Shown in pieces: positions 51,966 through 64,000 of a DNA stretch of 64,000 nucleotides. A program made the translations under genes and the position numbers. The stretch is taken from the NCBI GenBank assembly GCA_009103225.1, contig RHPI01003369.1:913490-977489 (forward strand), in the 5' to 3' direction. Numbering within the stretch: the first letter of the stretch is position 1; each line of letters starts with the position of its first letter. Below the pieces are notes generated by a model, which was not told the origin of the DNA, did not search any database, and saw only the letters and a program-made list of their open reading frames with translations. The stretch is from Chlorokybus atmophyticus. Taxonomy: Eukaryota > Plantae > Mesostigma and Chlorokybus algae.

Positions 51966-52929
51966 CTACCTGTGCTGCTGACTGTTTTGTTGCAATCGTG
52001 CACACTACACACGTAGCATACTATTTCTTATACAAATTTGCGTTTTGTGGCTATCTTTGAACAAGTCTTTGGAAACGCATTGATCCATGTGTGTGACATG
52101 TATTATGTGCAACCCTGGTGTAGGCAATAACTACCAGTGTCCGGAATCATCATTCAAGACCACTGAAGAATGCACGTTGAAGCATGCATTGACAAGTAAG
52201 CTTGATAGCTGTGCGTCGCTCTACATACAAGCAGAGTGCATACAGCACGCGTGACCATGCTGAACCACGACCTGCTGCTCTTACTGTACACAGCGTCGCG
52301 CATATCCTGTACAACAAGCAGTGTAGCATGATCAATAACATGCAACTCATAATGTTGAGGGTAGTAGCCGATTGAGCGCTGTCCAGAGCCAAATGTGCAG
52401 TTTTCTTCATGTGAACGCACACGTGTTATCCATCTTGCATCCTTTGTACACCCGAGTGCAACCGCAAAGGGCGGAGAACAGGCGCTGGCAGCTGATTTGA
52501 CAAATCATCCCAAGTGGTTGACCACAACTCCTGCCCTCTTCAAGATGACCACCGCGGCACTGCTAGCAGTTGCTGCTGGCAGCAGACACCACTGCAACTG
52601 CCCTGCTGTGCCGAGCTTCTTTCCCAGCATCAGCAACTATAGCACAGCGTCTCGGCGCGGTTGTAATGACCTGAACAGCAGCAGGTAGTACCACTGTGAG
52701 GCAAAATGCATGAGAAACAGCAGTAGAGTTCTTACCACCAGCAGCAAATGCACGCACCTCGATACACTGCCAATCATTGAGTAGCCTTGTTAGTTAGACT
52801 CCCACTAGTTAGCCGTTGTTCGCAGCGTTGCTGACCTTTTTGATCAACAATGGCAGGTACAACACTGTGCAAACTGGTGCTATTGCCAGACACATGCAAC
52901 ACTGTCAACAACAGGTAAGCAGGGCCCGG

Positions 52930-55900
52930 TCATTTCCTTTGAGAGTAGAAGTGAGGCGCGAGCTCCGTCAGCCACTCCATCTCGATGGCGGCGACTTCCT
53001 TCATGTAGTCCTGCTCAGCGAGCTCAGCCCCGTTGAAGACGACCCACGCGGGCGTGGCGCGGAACAGAACGGACGACGGGTGGATGCGCAGCAGTTGGCC
53101 CGACCGGACCGCCACGTACGTGGACCCGTCCCCATGAGGCTGCAGCCGTGCCGCATTGGAGAAGAACCCCGCCGTCAGAGCGCGCCGCACCGGCTTGGTG
53201 TCCGAACCGCAGGACTGCTCAACACCAAGTTATTATGCGTCACACATATACAACAAATAGTGTAAACATGTCGCACTTGCCACCCCATGACCGGTTATAA
53301 GTAATTTGACCAGCAGTACCATACCCTTAAATATGTATACGCAACGCGGAACGGTGTGGCTCTGCATGCTGGATGCACTATAGTAGCGCTTATATGTGAG
53401 GTTCCATGGAAGATACTGTATAACAAGCATACAAATTGCAGGGCGTGCATGCGACCCAACGTATGCCAAGCAAGGGGAACACCACACACCTCAAGGGCGA
53501 CCCCTAATCTTCGTAGAGTGCGTCCAATCTGCGCGCGTATCTCTGCAACACGGAGCATGGCGCGATAGTTGACGCCGTGCGCGTGGCACCACTTGCCCTG
53601 CTTGCGAGAGTCCGTGCGTATGAACGCCGTCCAGACGTTCAAGTACGTGATGTGGTCGCCCTCGGCGACCGCAAACGCCTCCTTCTTCTCGTCCTGCTCA
53701 CGCTGTCGGCCTCGGGAACCTATCCAGATGGACTGCACCAACATTCATAGTTTGAGTTCTATACAAGCTGAGTCTCATGAGACTCTTTGCATCTGCCACA
53801 TACCGGTGGTCATCGTCACAAGGACACCATAGTTATGTGATCACCCGTACCTGTACGCACAGTGTGGCGGCGATTGTGACCATCTCCACGCCGCAGCCCA
53901 TCTCGCCCGCAGCCAGAAGCGCGCGCGCGAGGCCAGGCTCCACTGGCAGCTCCGCCATCTTCAACCCATCAGGGGACTTCAGCTTGGAGTCATCACCTAT
54001 GGCGCCTGTCATACACGCACACAATAATACGTTGTCGAGTGTCATGTCACGCACACAGGGTCACTTGACGCAGAGATATGACCCATGTAGCTTGACAAAG
54101 CCCTGTATCTGAACTGACAACGACAGTCATGTCAGCGTACCGAGTGCATACAGCAGCTCCAGGGCTTTCATAGCGTGCTCAGGCGGGGGAGGAGAGGGCC
54201 AGTCAAAGTTCATGATGTTGTCGATGCCCAGTGCTTTGAGCTGTAGTATGGTGGATGCTAGCGAACTCCTCTGTTGCACACACATGCAGGCTCATCAGCA
54301 CAACTCACAAATGCACTAGACGAGCAGAGAAGTTGATAAGCCTAAAACTGCAGTCTCACCTGCATCTCCGGAACACCGTTCACCTCCATCTCAGTCTTGT
54401 AATAGTCCTCAGTGTACATCCTGTAGCACTTGCCAGGCCTCACGCGACCGGCGCGGCCAGTACGTTGCTTTGCGGACGCCCGTGATATGGGCGCCACCAC
54501 CAGCGTTTCAGCATCAAGGACAGGGTTATAGAAGCGCTGCACAAGACACGCGTAACCAGATTTGCCAAGGAAGATGCCACAACTATGTATAAAAGTGGCA
54601 GCATGTACAAGAAAACTCACAAGTGTTGATGTGTGTGGGAAGCTCTCTCAGCACAATACCTGTTTTGAGAACCCGCAGTCCACAACATACACTATGCCTT
54701 CAATGGTCAGGCTGGTCTCCGCTATGTTGGTGGACACGATCACCTTGCGCTTGCCACGAGGAGGGGGCTGAAAGGCGTACGCCTGCAATGCACAGGAATG
54801 CAAGTTTAATGACCGAGTTGATTTGCATAATGAGCTGCAAAATGCGACTCCTGGATAGGTCATTCTTGCCTGATGATCAGCGGGTAGCCCCGCGTACAAA
54901 GGGATGACGAGCAGGCTCTGCCCTGCAGGACCTCGAATTTCTCTGCTCTGCTCATTGATCATTTCTACAGCAGTGTCAACCTCCTCTTGGCCCGTCAGAA
55001 AGATCAACACATCTCCGGGAGGCTGAGTTCTGCAAGGCAACATAAGTGGCATAAACGTACAGGAGGCATGTGGTCACATGCGTGTCAGCATGTATGCACC
55101 GTACCTGTGTATAGCGACTGCCGCAGCAACCGAAGCCTGGACATAATCGGGAGCCGGCTACAAACATGCATAGTTTAGTAAGACCTCCACTGCACACAAT
55201 TCACACAATTACGAGCGCATAATGAGCGTTACTGGTTGGGTAGTACAGGACAGCGTCCAACATACAGCGATAATTGCAGCGCGGAAAGGGCTACCTGAGA
55301 CAAGAAAAAGGTCTGGACGGGGTGCATGCGGCCCTGCACGCTGAGGATGGCGGGCTTCAGGTTGATCTGTACTGCACTCGGTTTGTCGTCAAACTTCCTC
55401 TTTTTGGTGCTAGCATCAAAGAACGCCGCAAACTCGCGTGCATTGAGCGTGGCGGATGAGATAATTAGCCTGAGCTCTGGTCGTCGGCGCTGCACCTTCT
55501 TGAGCAGACCCAACAGCAGGTCTGTTTGCAGGCCCCGCTCGTGCGCCTCATCCACCATAATCACGCTGTACCTCGTCAGCAGCGGGTCGGACATCATCTC
55601 TTGGATCAGCACGCCGTCCGTGACGTAGCGGATGCGCGTGACACCTGCTGAGAAGGGAGACAAGAGTCATTCTCTTGTGTGCCAACATGCACGTGACTTG
55701 GGGTCAAAGCAAAGGTTGCTTGTACCTGTTGAGACATCATCGAAGCGTACTGAATACCCAACTTCGCCGCCAAGCTGCACACCTCGTTCTTCTGCCACTC
55801 GCGCAGCAGCGCCTTGCGCAGCCACACGCCTGCAATGTTTGTATGTAAGCCACGACTACTCACATGCTCTTATGTCAAGCCACAGACATATAAACATCCA

Positions 55901-56791
55901 CTCACTCACCTTGGCTGCGTGCACGCGATCATGCGGCCTCCTGCAGCCCAGCCGCCTTCAAGCAAGTACTGCACAAGCTTTCATTGGTGACTACCAAAAC
56001 CTTGAGTGCATGACAGACAAAAGCTGTGGGGCAAGTGTGAAAGCGCTCACTTGAGGGACTTGTGTAGTCTTTCCTGAGCCAGTTTGCCCGACGATGATGG
56101 TTGTGGCATGGGTTTCAACCAAGTAGAGTATCTGCGTCCTGTGCTTGTATACTGGCAGCCGTGTGCGCTGATCGTCAATGCCAAGGGTGCTGTACCTGAA
56201 AATCCCACACAACAAGCATAAATAGCAAAACTATTGAGATGCAAAGAAATCCAGCGGCACGCGGGACCGTCATACCCATATTCTGTGATTTAAATACTGC
56301 TGGACATCTGGGCTGCATGCGGCACGCAACATGCACTGGTGCATGTTTGTATGCTGGTAGTATGGGACTGTTATCACCAAGGTGCAAGGCACTGTGGCAG
56401 CTGCATGTATTAGAGAAAAAGGCAACTCTCGTTGTTTCTTCGGATGGATACTGTTGAAGACTGCACACGAGTGATGTCTTATGCGCTTGTATGCATCTAG
56501 TAGCAACCAAGCAATGCACTTAGCACAGCCAACCAAGTCATGGGTACAAAAGCCATTGATGCGACCGTTCAATTCAACAGCACAAGCAATTACAAAGGCG
56601 ATCACACAACGAGCATCAAACATGCGAACAAACGACTTTCAATGCACATGCAGGCCATCATCTCCAGCTCACTTGTTGTGCACATAAGTGAACTGCGGCC
56701 CGCTGGCGTCCCTGTCGATGGCGGCAGAGGAGGACAGCGCTGCGGCAGGCTGGTCAGGCCTTTCCCTGCCAGGCTTCCAAAAAAACGCCAT
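52930..56791 (-). CDS. DHX35: DEAH-box RNA helicase DHX35-like
   Basis: MAFFWKPG.. start, [56 protein letters not shown]2 [24 protein letters not shown]-fold [18 protein letters not shown]; the FWKPG N-terminus is typical of DHX35. Confidence 0.93.
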
Positions 56792-57817
56792 GCTCACCCC
56801 CGCACACCAGCAAAGCCAAGCTTAACACTGGTGCCGCACTCTGGTCAGGAGATCAGCACACTGCTGCTCCTTTCAACCATCTTGTGGAAAAAGAGCCAGC
56901 TGGCAGATGAGGCAAGCGGACAGCCGGCCATGCGCACGACCAGCATCAAAAATACACAGCCCTCGCCGTCGATGCCGCCGAGGACGAAGACGCCAACACT
57001 GCGTTGTGCAAGCTTTCCACCACGTTAGTGCTTTTCGTTACGGCGACCTACCACAATAACGTGCGACTGCCCACGAAGCAACGTTAGCTCTGTGCATAAC
57101 GTGTTGTCGATGACATAACATGTTGATGCTGCCATGCACAGGTGGGCGGGGGACGTTGGCGGTGACGGCGCCACGCAACAACCTCACCATCGTTGGAGGC
57201 TCTAGCTTTGCAAGCAGGTAAGCCTGTATGCTTCGGCCTGTGAAATGAAACTAGGCATCTAGTTAGCATACATCATGGCTGGACCAGTGGGGGCCAGTGT
57301 TGTCTTCGTCTTGCATTGTGAGCAACGCAATGCCTGCCTGCAGCTGCCTACTGCCCATTCTGTGTGGGCTTACCTGCATGCCAGAGTGTAAGGTATGGTT
57401 TTCCAGCATGCTTGTGGGTTTGATTAGGTTGTTACAGCTTGAGTATATGCTGCAATCACCACCGGCGTTCTAGCACTTTGCATTGACTGGCTACGGCCTG
57501 CCACCCGGACTGGTGCATGGCAGCAGCTGCTCAGTCTCTGCATCTTCTTGACCTGGCATTGAGCTAAGCAGTAGGGCAGTGGCCGTAAACACACCAATAG
57601 CGTTAGCTTTGTCACTGTGCCAGCTTGCATGGGTTTTTCATGCTGAGTGCATTGTTCGAGACCAATCAACATTGCCATCGTGCGGTAAATGCTGCACTTA
57701 TAAGCACACAAACATGCTGGCTGATGACAGCGCTCTGGGTGTAGGTTGTGCCTAAGTCTCAGCAAAATGATTTTGCGGTTAACATCTACGCATGCAGCAA
57801 ACCTATCAGCTGGGCAG

Positions 57818-58724
57818 ATGGAGCCAGCGGCAACAGGAGAGGTGCAGCCGGCCGCGAAGAAGGCACGAGCTCATAATCCAGCTGCCGCGAGTGATGACAA
57901 AGAACAAAGATTCAAGTGAAGGAGTAATCAGCGACGTAAGCAACACGGGATGAGGGTTGGATTGAGAGGCCTCCCTTGCCTGAACAAAGCAGTTCTTTCC
58001 TTTCCTTCACTGTGTGCAGCTGGTCTTGATTGTCGAGGGCAAGCGGCTGCTGACAAGGAGGTTTGTGCTCGCGCGCAGCAGCCCCGTCTTCAAAAGCCTC
58101 CTGCTTGACATTGAAAACACCTTGGGCGCCCCCGTGAAGGTGCAGTGCGTGGTTGGTTTCTTGCATGATCGTTGTAATGATGCAGTATGGTCAGTCAAGG
58201 ATGTTGTTCTTGCACTTGCCTGCAACAGCAGCATCCAAACAGGAGTTTAAACTGGCTGGCAAGAAAGTGGAGGACATGAAGCTCTTTCTCGCATGTTTGT
58301 GTCCTTCTCATCTGCCCAGCTCACAAGGGTGAGCAATAGCATTTTACAACAGCTATCCTGCACGTGGATTTCGGAAAGCCAGCTAAGTCGCAACTGTCAT
58401 CTTGCAGGAGACGGCGCTCATGATGCTCCCGTTGGCCGATGAGTACAACGTCGCATAGCTCAAGTCTTGGTGCGAAACCACGCTGGAGAGGACGCGGCCG
58501 GGCGTGGATGGGTTCATTCTCGGGCAGCAGTGCAACTCCCCGCGCTTGCTCGAAGCCTTCGCGAGCAGATGACGACGCCGGGAGCTAATCTTGAGGTCTT
58601 CAAAGATGTGCGCATGTACGACGTGCACCCGCCAACGCTGCAGAAAATCATGCAGCAGTATGTCAGCTGGGCCACAGCCCGGACATACCCAGCAGGGATG
58701 AGTGCTCATGGAGTGTATCGGTGA
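57818..58724 (+). pseudogene. BTB/POZ-domain gene with nonsense and frameshift lesions
   Basis: LVLIVEGKRLLTRRFVLARSSPVFKSLL and LPLADEYNVA*LKSWCETTL (TAG at 58456-58458), plus an apparent frameshift near 58558 joining to REQMTT..; start exon tentative. Confidence 0.7.
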
Positions 58725-59234
58725 TGATTACTTGTAGCAGTTACCGTGCATACCAACTAAGACAGCTTTGTTATTCATATTGTACATAGCTTAAATTGTG
58801 ATCAAGACAACTTTTTGCAGCATGAGCGCACAAGCGCAGCTCCCTATCTGGCTTTGTTGGACTGGTGTACCAGAGCTCGTTTTCGCTGCTGTTGCGAGAT
58901 AGCATGACAACAAGCTTCTGGTAGCTTTATGCTTGAGTGCCAACAAGCAGGCAAAGATTGCACATCTACGCTCACAACTACATATGCAGCAATCAGTGTC
59001 AGCAAGTCCAACTCACTGAGTTATACAGCCTCAGCAACATGCTGTACTCCCACTAGGCTACAGCAGCATAGTATAGTCAGTACCGACAGGCGGTTTTAGT
59101 GTTAGTACACAGTGATGCACCGTTCTCAGCAATAGAAACGGCATTGAGCGGAGGTGGCAACGATGCGTAGTATTGTTGACTTTGATTTGGAAGCAAGGAC
59201 GAGAAGTGTGAACATAAGACTAAAAACTGCGGTG

Positions 59235-61475
59235 CTAAAGCTCCACTTTTCTTTCCTTCAGCATCATACGGCGCTCCTTGACTCCTGTCTGCAAACTGCG
59301 GAACTCGCCTGCTGCATGCTCGACAGCATTCTGAGCCAAACATACGTCTCAGCACATTAGTAAAACACAACATTTTGTGCGCAAGGACATACATGCATTA
59401 AGCATACCATGATAATGTCCCAGTCGCCCTTGGACAGATGTGCTTCGTCACTGTTGAGCTCTTGCCTCAGCATGACAATTCTGTCGTTGATGTCCTCCTG
59501 CATGGCCATGGCAGGTATGACATCAAGCATCTTTCAAACAAAACACATCGAGTACCGATCTACAGTTGCAGTTAGTCACATCCCTAAGCATGTCTGCTTG
59601 TAGAAACGTTCGTGACACATTGGTGCGAGATGTGGTAGTGTGTACATGTTCATAACAAAAGGTAACAAGGCTGTACGCACCACATTGGCTCGCAGCGTGA
59701 TGAGCTCGATCTCTGCGACATTGAGTGCGTTGTAGATGTCTGTGTTGTTCTTCATCGTTTCCTCTAGCAAAGTTATCTCGCCTTGGAAGTCCTCGGCGTA
59801 TTCCACAGCATCCATAATGTTGTCTTCCCAACACCAAAACCCAAACAGCTTACAAACAATGTAATACAAGAAAGCATCGGACTTTGCTGACATGGCGTTG
59901 CCCTTGTCTTGCATGTCTTCAGCGGCAATCTTAGTCAGGCTCCTCACGTGATACAACTGTTGTTGAACTTCTGTGGCAACCTCTTTGAGGTCAACGCTCT
60001 TTGCTCGCGCTTGCTCAAGCGTGTTCAGCACCACTCTGGTGTAATTAATCAGCAAATTCATGCTCTGAGCGGAGCCCTGCAAATTCTTGCGCTTCAAGTT
60101 CTGCAGCGCACAAACAAGAACATCAGTCCAGCTTTCATGGTCGTGTATGCCACATTGCGTTGCCATGTTGCTGTTCGCACAACAGTGACCAGCAAGTTAT
60201 TGCGGCAATGCAGTGCTACTGGTTCCATTGTTGTGTTACCTCCTTGAACAGGCTGAGGGTGTTGGCACCGCTGTTGAACAGCAGGGACATGCCGCTGTTA
60301 GTTTCGCTGCAATGGATGCTCAATTTATAAGCGTTGCGGCTGAGCTGTTGATACAAATTAGCCAGATGGTTGCGTGCAACATTCAGCTCGCTGGAATGTC
60401 GCAAGCGTGTGGTCAGCTTGATCTGCAGATCAACCCTTATGTCGTCGGCCTGCTTGCCCAAGGCCTCTGCTTCCGCTTGCACCCGCGGCAACTCTATCAT
60501 TTGATCCTTTAGCGGAAACGACGCCAACTGCTGAAATGCTTCTTGCAAGGCGATTGCTGTTGAATGCGGCTTGGGTAAAGTTGCCCAAAGCCCTGTGCGT
60601 CCATCAAATACAAACAGCATGCTTTGAGCGGAGGCATAGGCAGAACAGGCTTTTGTCAAGAGAGTGTGACAGTTGCACAAACGTACATGTGGCACCAATG
60701 CCGACGGCGACAACGCAACCAATCAGCACAAAGCTTGCAGCCACGGTTTGCCACACAAGCTGCAGCTCTGCCCGGGATGACCAACTCGGCAGCACAAAGC
60801 GCCTGGTAGCTTGTGGTTGCTGCTCTTGAGCAGGCTCGGGCTCGAGCTTCGGCTCGGGCTCGGGCGCTGGTGCAGGCGCAGGCGCAGGCGCAGGCGCAGC
60901 CTCAGCCTCAGCCTCAGCCTCAGCCTCAGCCTCAGCCTCAGCCTCAGCCTCAGGCTCAGGCTCAGGCTCAGGCTCAGCCTCAGCCTCAGCCTCAGCCTCA
61001 GCCTCAGCCTCAGCCTCAGCCTCAGGCTGCCAAGCAAGTTCCAGTGACTTTCAGCTGAGTAGTCATGCAGGAGTGTGTCTTGAGACTTGCATTGCAGTAG
61101 TGAATTGTCAAGTGCGACAAGGCAACGCTTGCAACGTGCGGCACCCTTACAATCCACTCCACGTTATCCGTGTTGAGTGAGATACGGCTGCATGATTGAA
61201 CCCTAGCTTTACCAAAGTTCCAAGGCAGAACTACTAGTTCTCAAAGCCAGTACCTGAGCGTAGATGATTGAGTGGGTGTTGCCTTCTTCAAGCAGAGACG
61301 GTGTGTTGCCCCTGCCAGCAAGCTGTGACTGCGTTTCACCGACTGTTAGCTGCTCAGACTGCGTTGCTTCGCATTCCTGCACCTGCACTGCCTGCTCTTC
61401 GTCTGACTGCTGCTGCACCATGGCCATCATCACGGCAGCTTCCTCCTCCTGCTGCTCAATCACACCGCCACCCAT
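59235..61475 (-). CDS. Orphan single-TM alpha-helical/coiled-coil protein, paralog 2
   Basis: Q/E-rich N-terminus, (EA/EP/AP)n linker, TM ASFVLIGCVVAVGIGAT, ALGKQADDIRV..RNHLANLYQQLSR..FKE|NLKRKNLQG..EIELITLRANV|..LRQELNSDEAHLSKGDWDIIM|TGVKERRMMLKERKVEL*. Start codon uncertain. Confidence 0.8.
60838..61026 (-). repeat. Coding hexamer repeat (GAGGCT/GAGCCT/GCGCCT) in paralog 2
   Basis: Read in frame with the downstream TM exon it gives EAEAEA..EPEPEP..APAPAP. Confidence 0.85.
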
Positions 61476-62960
61476 GAGTTCCCAGTCCCCTAACACTTCG
61501 CCGTCCGCTCATGGTCAGCCATAACGTCCTCCTGATCGTAGTCCTCAACCACTTCATCAGCGCCGGCTGCAGGCCATGCAAGACGCAGGCGCATCCTGCG
61601 GCAGGAGTGCAGCATGCGCTCAGTGATGGTTTGTCAACCCTCAAACAAAGGTTGCCAACAGTAAGCTAGGCAAGTCTAAAAGTCAACAATAACAGCTACG
61701 ACTTCAATCATCCTGTAGTTAGAATTTATACCACGGCATGCACAGCGGCAAGCATGCAACGTTTTGAGTGACATTGATGGTGCTCGGTGGCGCTTGCCTG
61801 CGTCAAGGCAAGCTGTCCGAGCAGTGCGGCAGCTGTGACACTCCCTTGTCAAGACAGCGCTTAAGCTGGATGAAGCACGACGCAACTGCTGCCAAGCGCA
61901 TCAGGGCAAGTAGTAGTGAGGATACCTTACAGTAAGCAGCAGTCCGAACTGCTTGCTGTCATTGCACACACGCTCTTAGCTGACCCTCACCCCTATCGCC
62001 GCCGCCTCCGCTTTTCCGCCGGGCACTAGTCTGCTAGCCCAGCTCCGGCAGGCACTTGCAATGCACGTGGGTCGTGCAGACGTTGTGAAGCTTCGCGAGG
62101 TCAGGTGACTTGAAACAGCAGGTCAGGGCTGAAGCTTGGATATAGGCATGCCTCAGTCAATAACTGTCATGGGTGTTACTCAAGGCATGCAGCCTGCTGT
62201 CTGTGGCCACAGTGGTGAAAACGGCACCGGCGTGCTGAGTCACGGCCTGTGCCTGCACGGACGGAGTCAACAGATGCCACGCCTTACGTTCACAACATGC
62301 CATACAAGTTTCTACCATTCTAAGTAATACCAAATGTTGACACTTCATCTTAACTTCAATTTGACTTCAAATGTTGGATGCTACATGACCTGGACTAATA
62401 CCTGCCACTCGTGCTTGCCTAAGTATACACGTTATCTACAGATATGTTTGGACAATTCCTTATGGTGACCACATGCATAGTGCATTGTTGTAATGCACTA
62501 CATTTGCGCTTTGACTTTAAGTCTGCACATTGGTTATTATATATACCATTTAAACAGAGACTTTGTTTTCAAAAAATTCAACTATGACTCTATCACTTTA
62601 GCGAATGATAACGCCGATGCAAAGACAATTTTGCAAATGCAATCTGCTCACATGACCTTATACACATGGCAACAATTATGTAATTGCAACATTTATATTA
62701 TTGTTATAATTAGCGTGTGCATGAGTATTCGCACGCGTGAACACATTCACCTCATCAACACGAGTACATATATCTGATCAACGGGCTGTGCGCGCTCGAT
62801 GAAGCTGCGTTGCATGAAGCACATACCCGGCCTCAAGCTGACAATGTGATGATGGATGTGTTTTCATAGCACCATGCTTGATGTGCGCGCGTGTGTGTAT
62901 GTATGTGTGTGATGGTGGTGGTAGTGGTGGTGGTGGTGGTATGGGGGGTTGGCTTGTTGA

Positions 62961-63089
62961 AGCCAATCCTCACCCTGGCATAGCGCAACGTGTCGCGGTG
63001 TTGCGCCACTTGCAAGTTGTCAAGTGCGATTGGCATCACACGCCGAAACAGCTCCGCGCGCTTTGCCATCTCCTTCTCCCACACAGTGG
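62961..63089 (-). mobile_element. Gypsy integrase C-terminal remnant
   Basis: RAELFRRVMPIALDNLQVAQHRDTLRYARVR resembles the post-catalytic A..NL..AQ.R...Y segment of gypsy integrases; truncated at N 63090. Confidence 0.65.
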
Positions 63090-64000
63090 NTGTGTGTAAT
63101 CAATCTGCATATTTAACTACATGTGTGCGTTATGGGTTTTTATCCACACCTCACAAGTAATTGCATAATGTTAACACGTGTGCTGTAGTGCCTGCCGCTT
63201 GTGCGTTGTGTTGCAAGTTGTAATTTATAATCCTATTGCTTACTTGGCAGCGGCAACCGTTATCAGGCTCGCTAGATAGCATATAGGTGTGGCTCTTGTT
63301 ATTAAATTTGCAATTACTGCCACACAGCCGCTGCTCAGCGATAATTGATGTGTGTACCGTAGGTATAAAAAATTATTCATAGCAATGAGCATTTTAATAC
63401 GCAAACATGGGTTGATACGCAACATTCGTAGTGCAAGCACGGCACGGCAGCGTAACACACAACAACAATCTGAGGTTTTTCTTACTATATCGATGTCAAG
63501 CAAACAATTACCCCCGCGGCCTTCAAGCGCGAATGACACACAACAACAAATTGCGCATGTATAAGCAAGTAATAAACACGCTGATAGAAGCCGCTTAAGA
63601 GCCGTATGTTTGCGCGTTGTTTGCTGCCAACATAATACCAGTAGTCTAGGTAACTCCTGCCCACATTCGGAACTACCGTGATACAAAGCAACGCTCAGCT
63701 TTGTGCGCAGGTTCGCGCAGCATTCTGGTGGTGCAGTGACAAAGTGATGTGGAAAATGCATCACTGACAATGCAGCATTGTGCGCCGCCAAACAATGTTA
63801 ACGGGGCCTCATGCTTGTAAACGGGGCCTGATTCAAGAGCAAGCCCAGCTTTAGGGCTCAGCATGGCGGCGGCGGCGGCGGCGGCGTGGGTGCGGGGGTC
63901 GTTCTGGGGCGAGGCGGTGTTGGCGCCTGCAGCTGCGGCTGCTACAACTGGAAGACGCAGGTGCAAAGGTCCATCTGGAGCGCGGTCGCCTGCCGTTGCG

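Noticed and set aside
63863-64000. ATG followed by poly-Ala at the window end
   Set aside because: May be the start of a + strand gene but is truncated and has no diagnostic motif.

Overview
Intron-rich eukaryotic DNA using the standard genetic code (TAA, TAG and TGA all terminate genes), most likely from a flagellated green alga: it carries an ELIP with a plastid transit peptide and flagellar/basal-body genes. Gene-dense flanks hold RSPH9, an SLC38A9-like transporter, RBM25, BRK1, an APLF-like FHA+PBZ gene, HDA2/HDAC11, CCDC61/VFL3, ELP4, ELIP, DHX35, a BTB pseudogene and two paralogous orphan membrane-anchored helical proteins. The central ~16 kb (31.4-47.5 kb) is nested repeats: a decayed but full-length chromodomain Ty3/gypsy element (38995-47110, TSD TCGAC) inside one copy of an unclassified repeat, and a pogo-like MITE inside the other copy. 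The most notable observations are an AT-AC minor-spliceosome (U12) intron in ELP4, three GC-AG introns in HDA2, the orphan paralog pair with four shared intron positions, and retention of BRK1 and an SLC38A9 orthologue. Four single-N joins (11384, 19495, 45275, 63090) make adjacent repeat lengths and duplications unreliable. Family assignments rest on motif recognition from memory, not database searches. Gene coordinates span introns.
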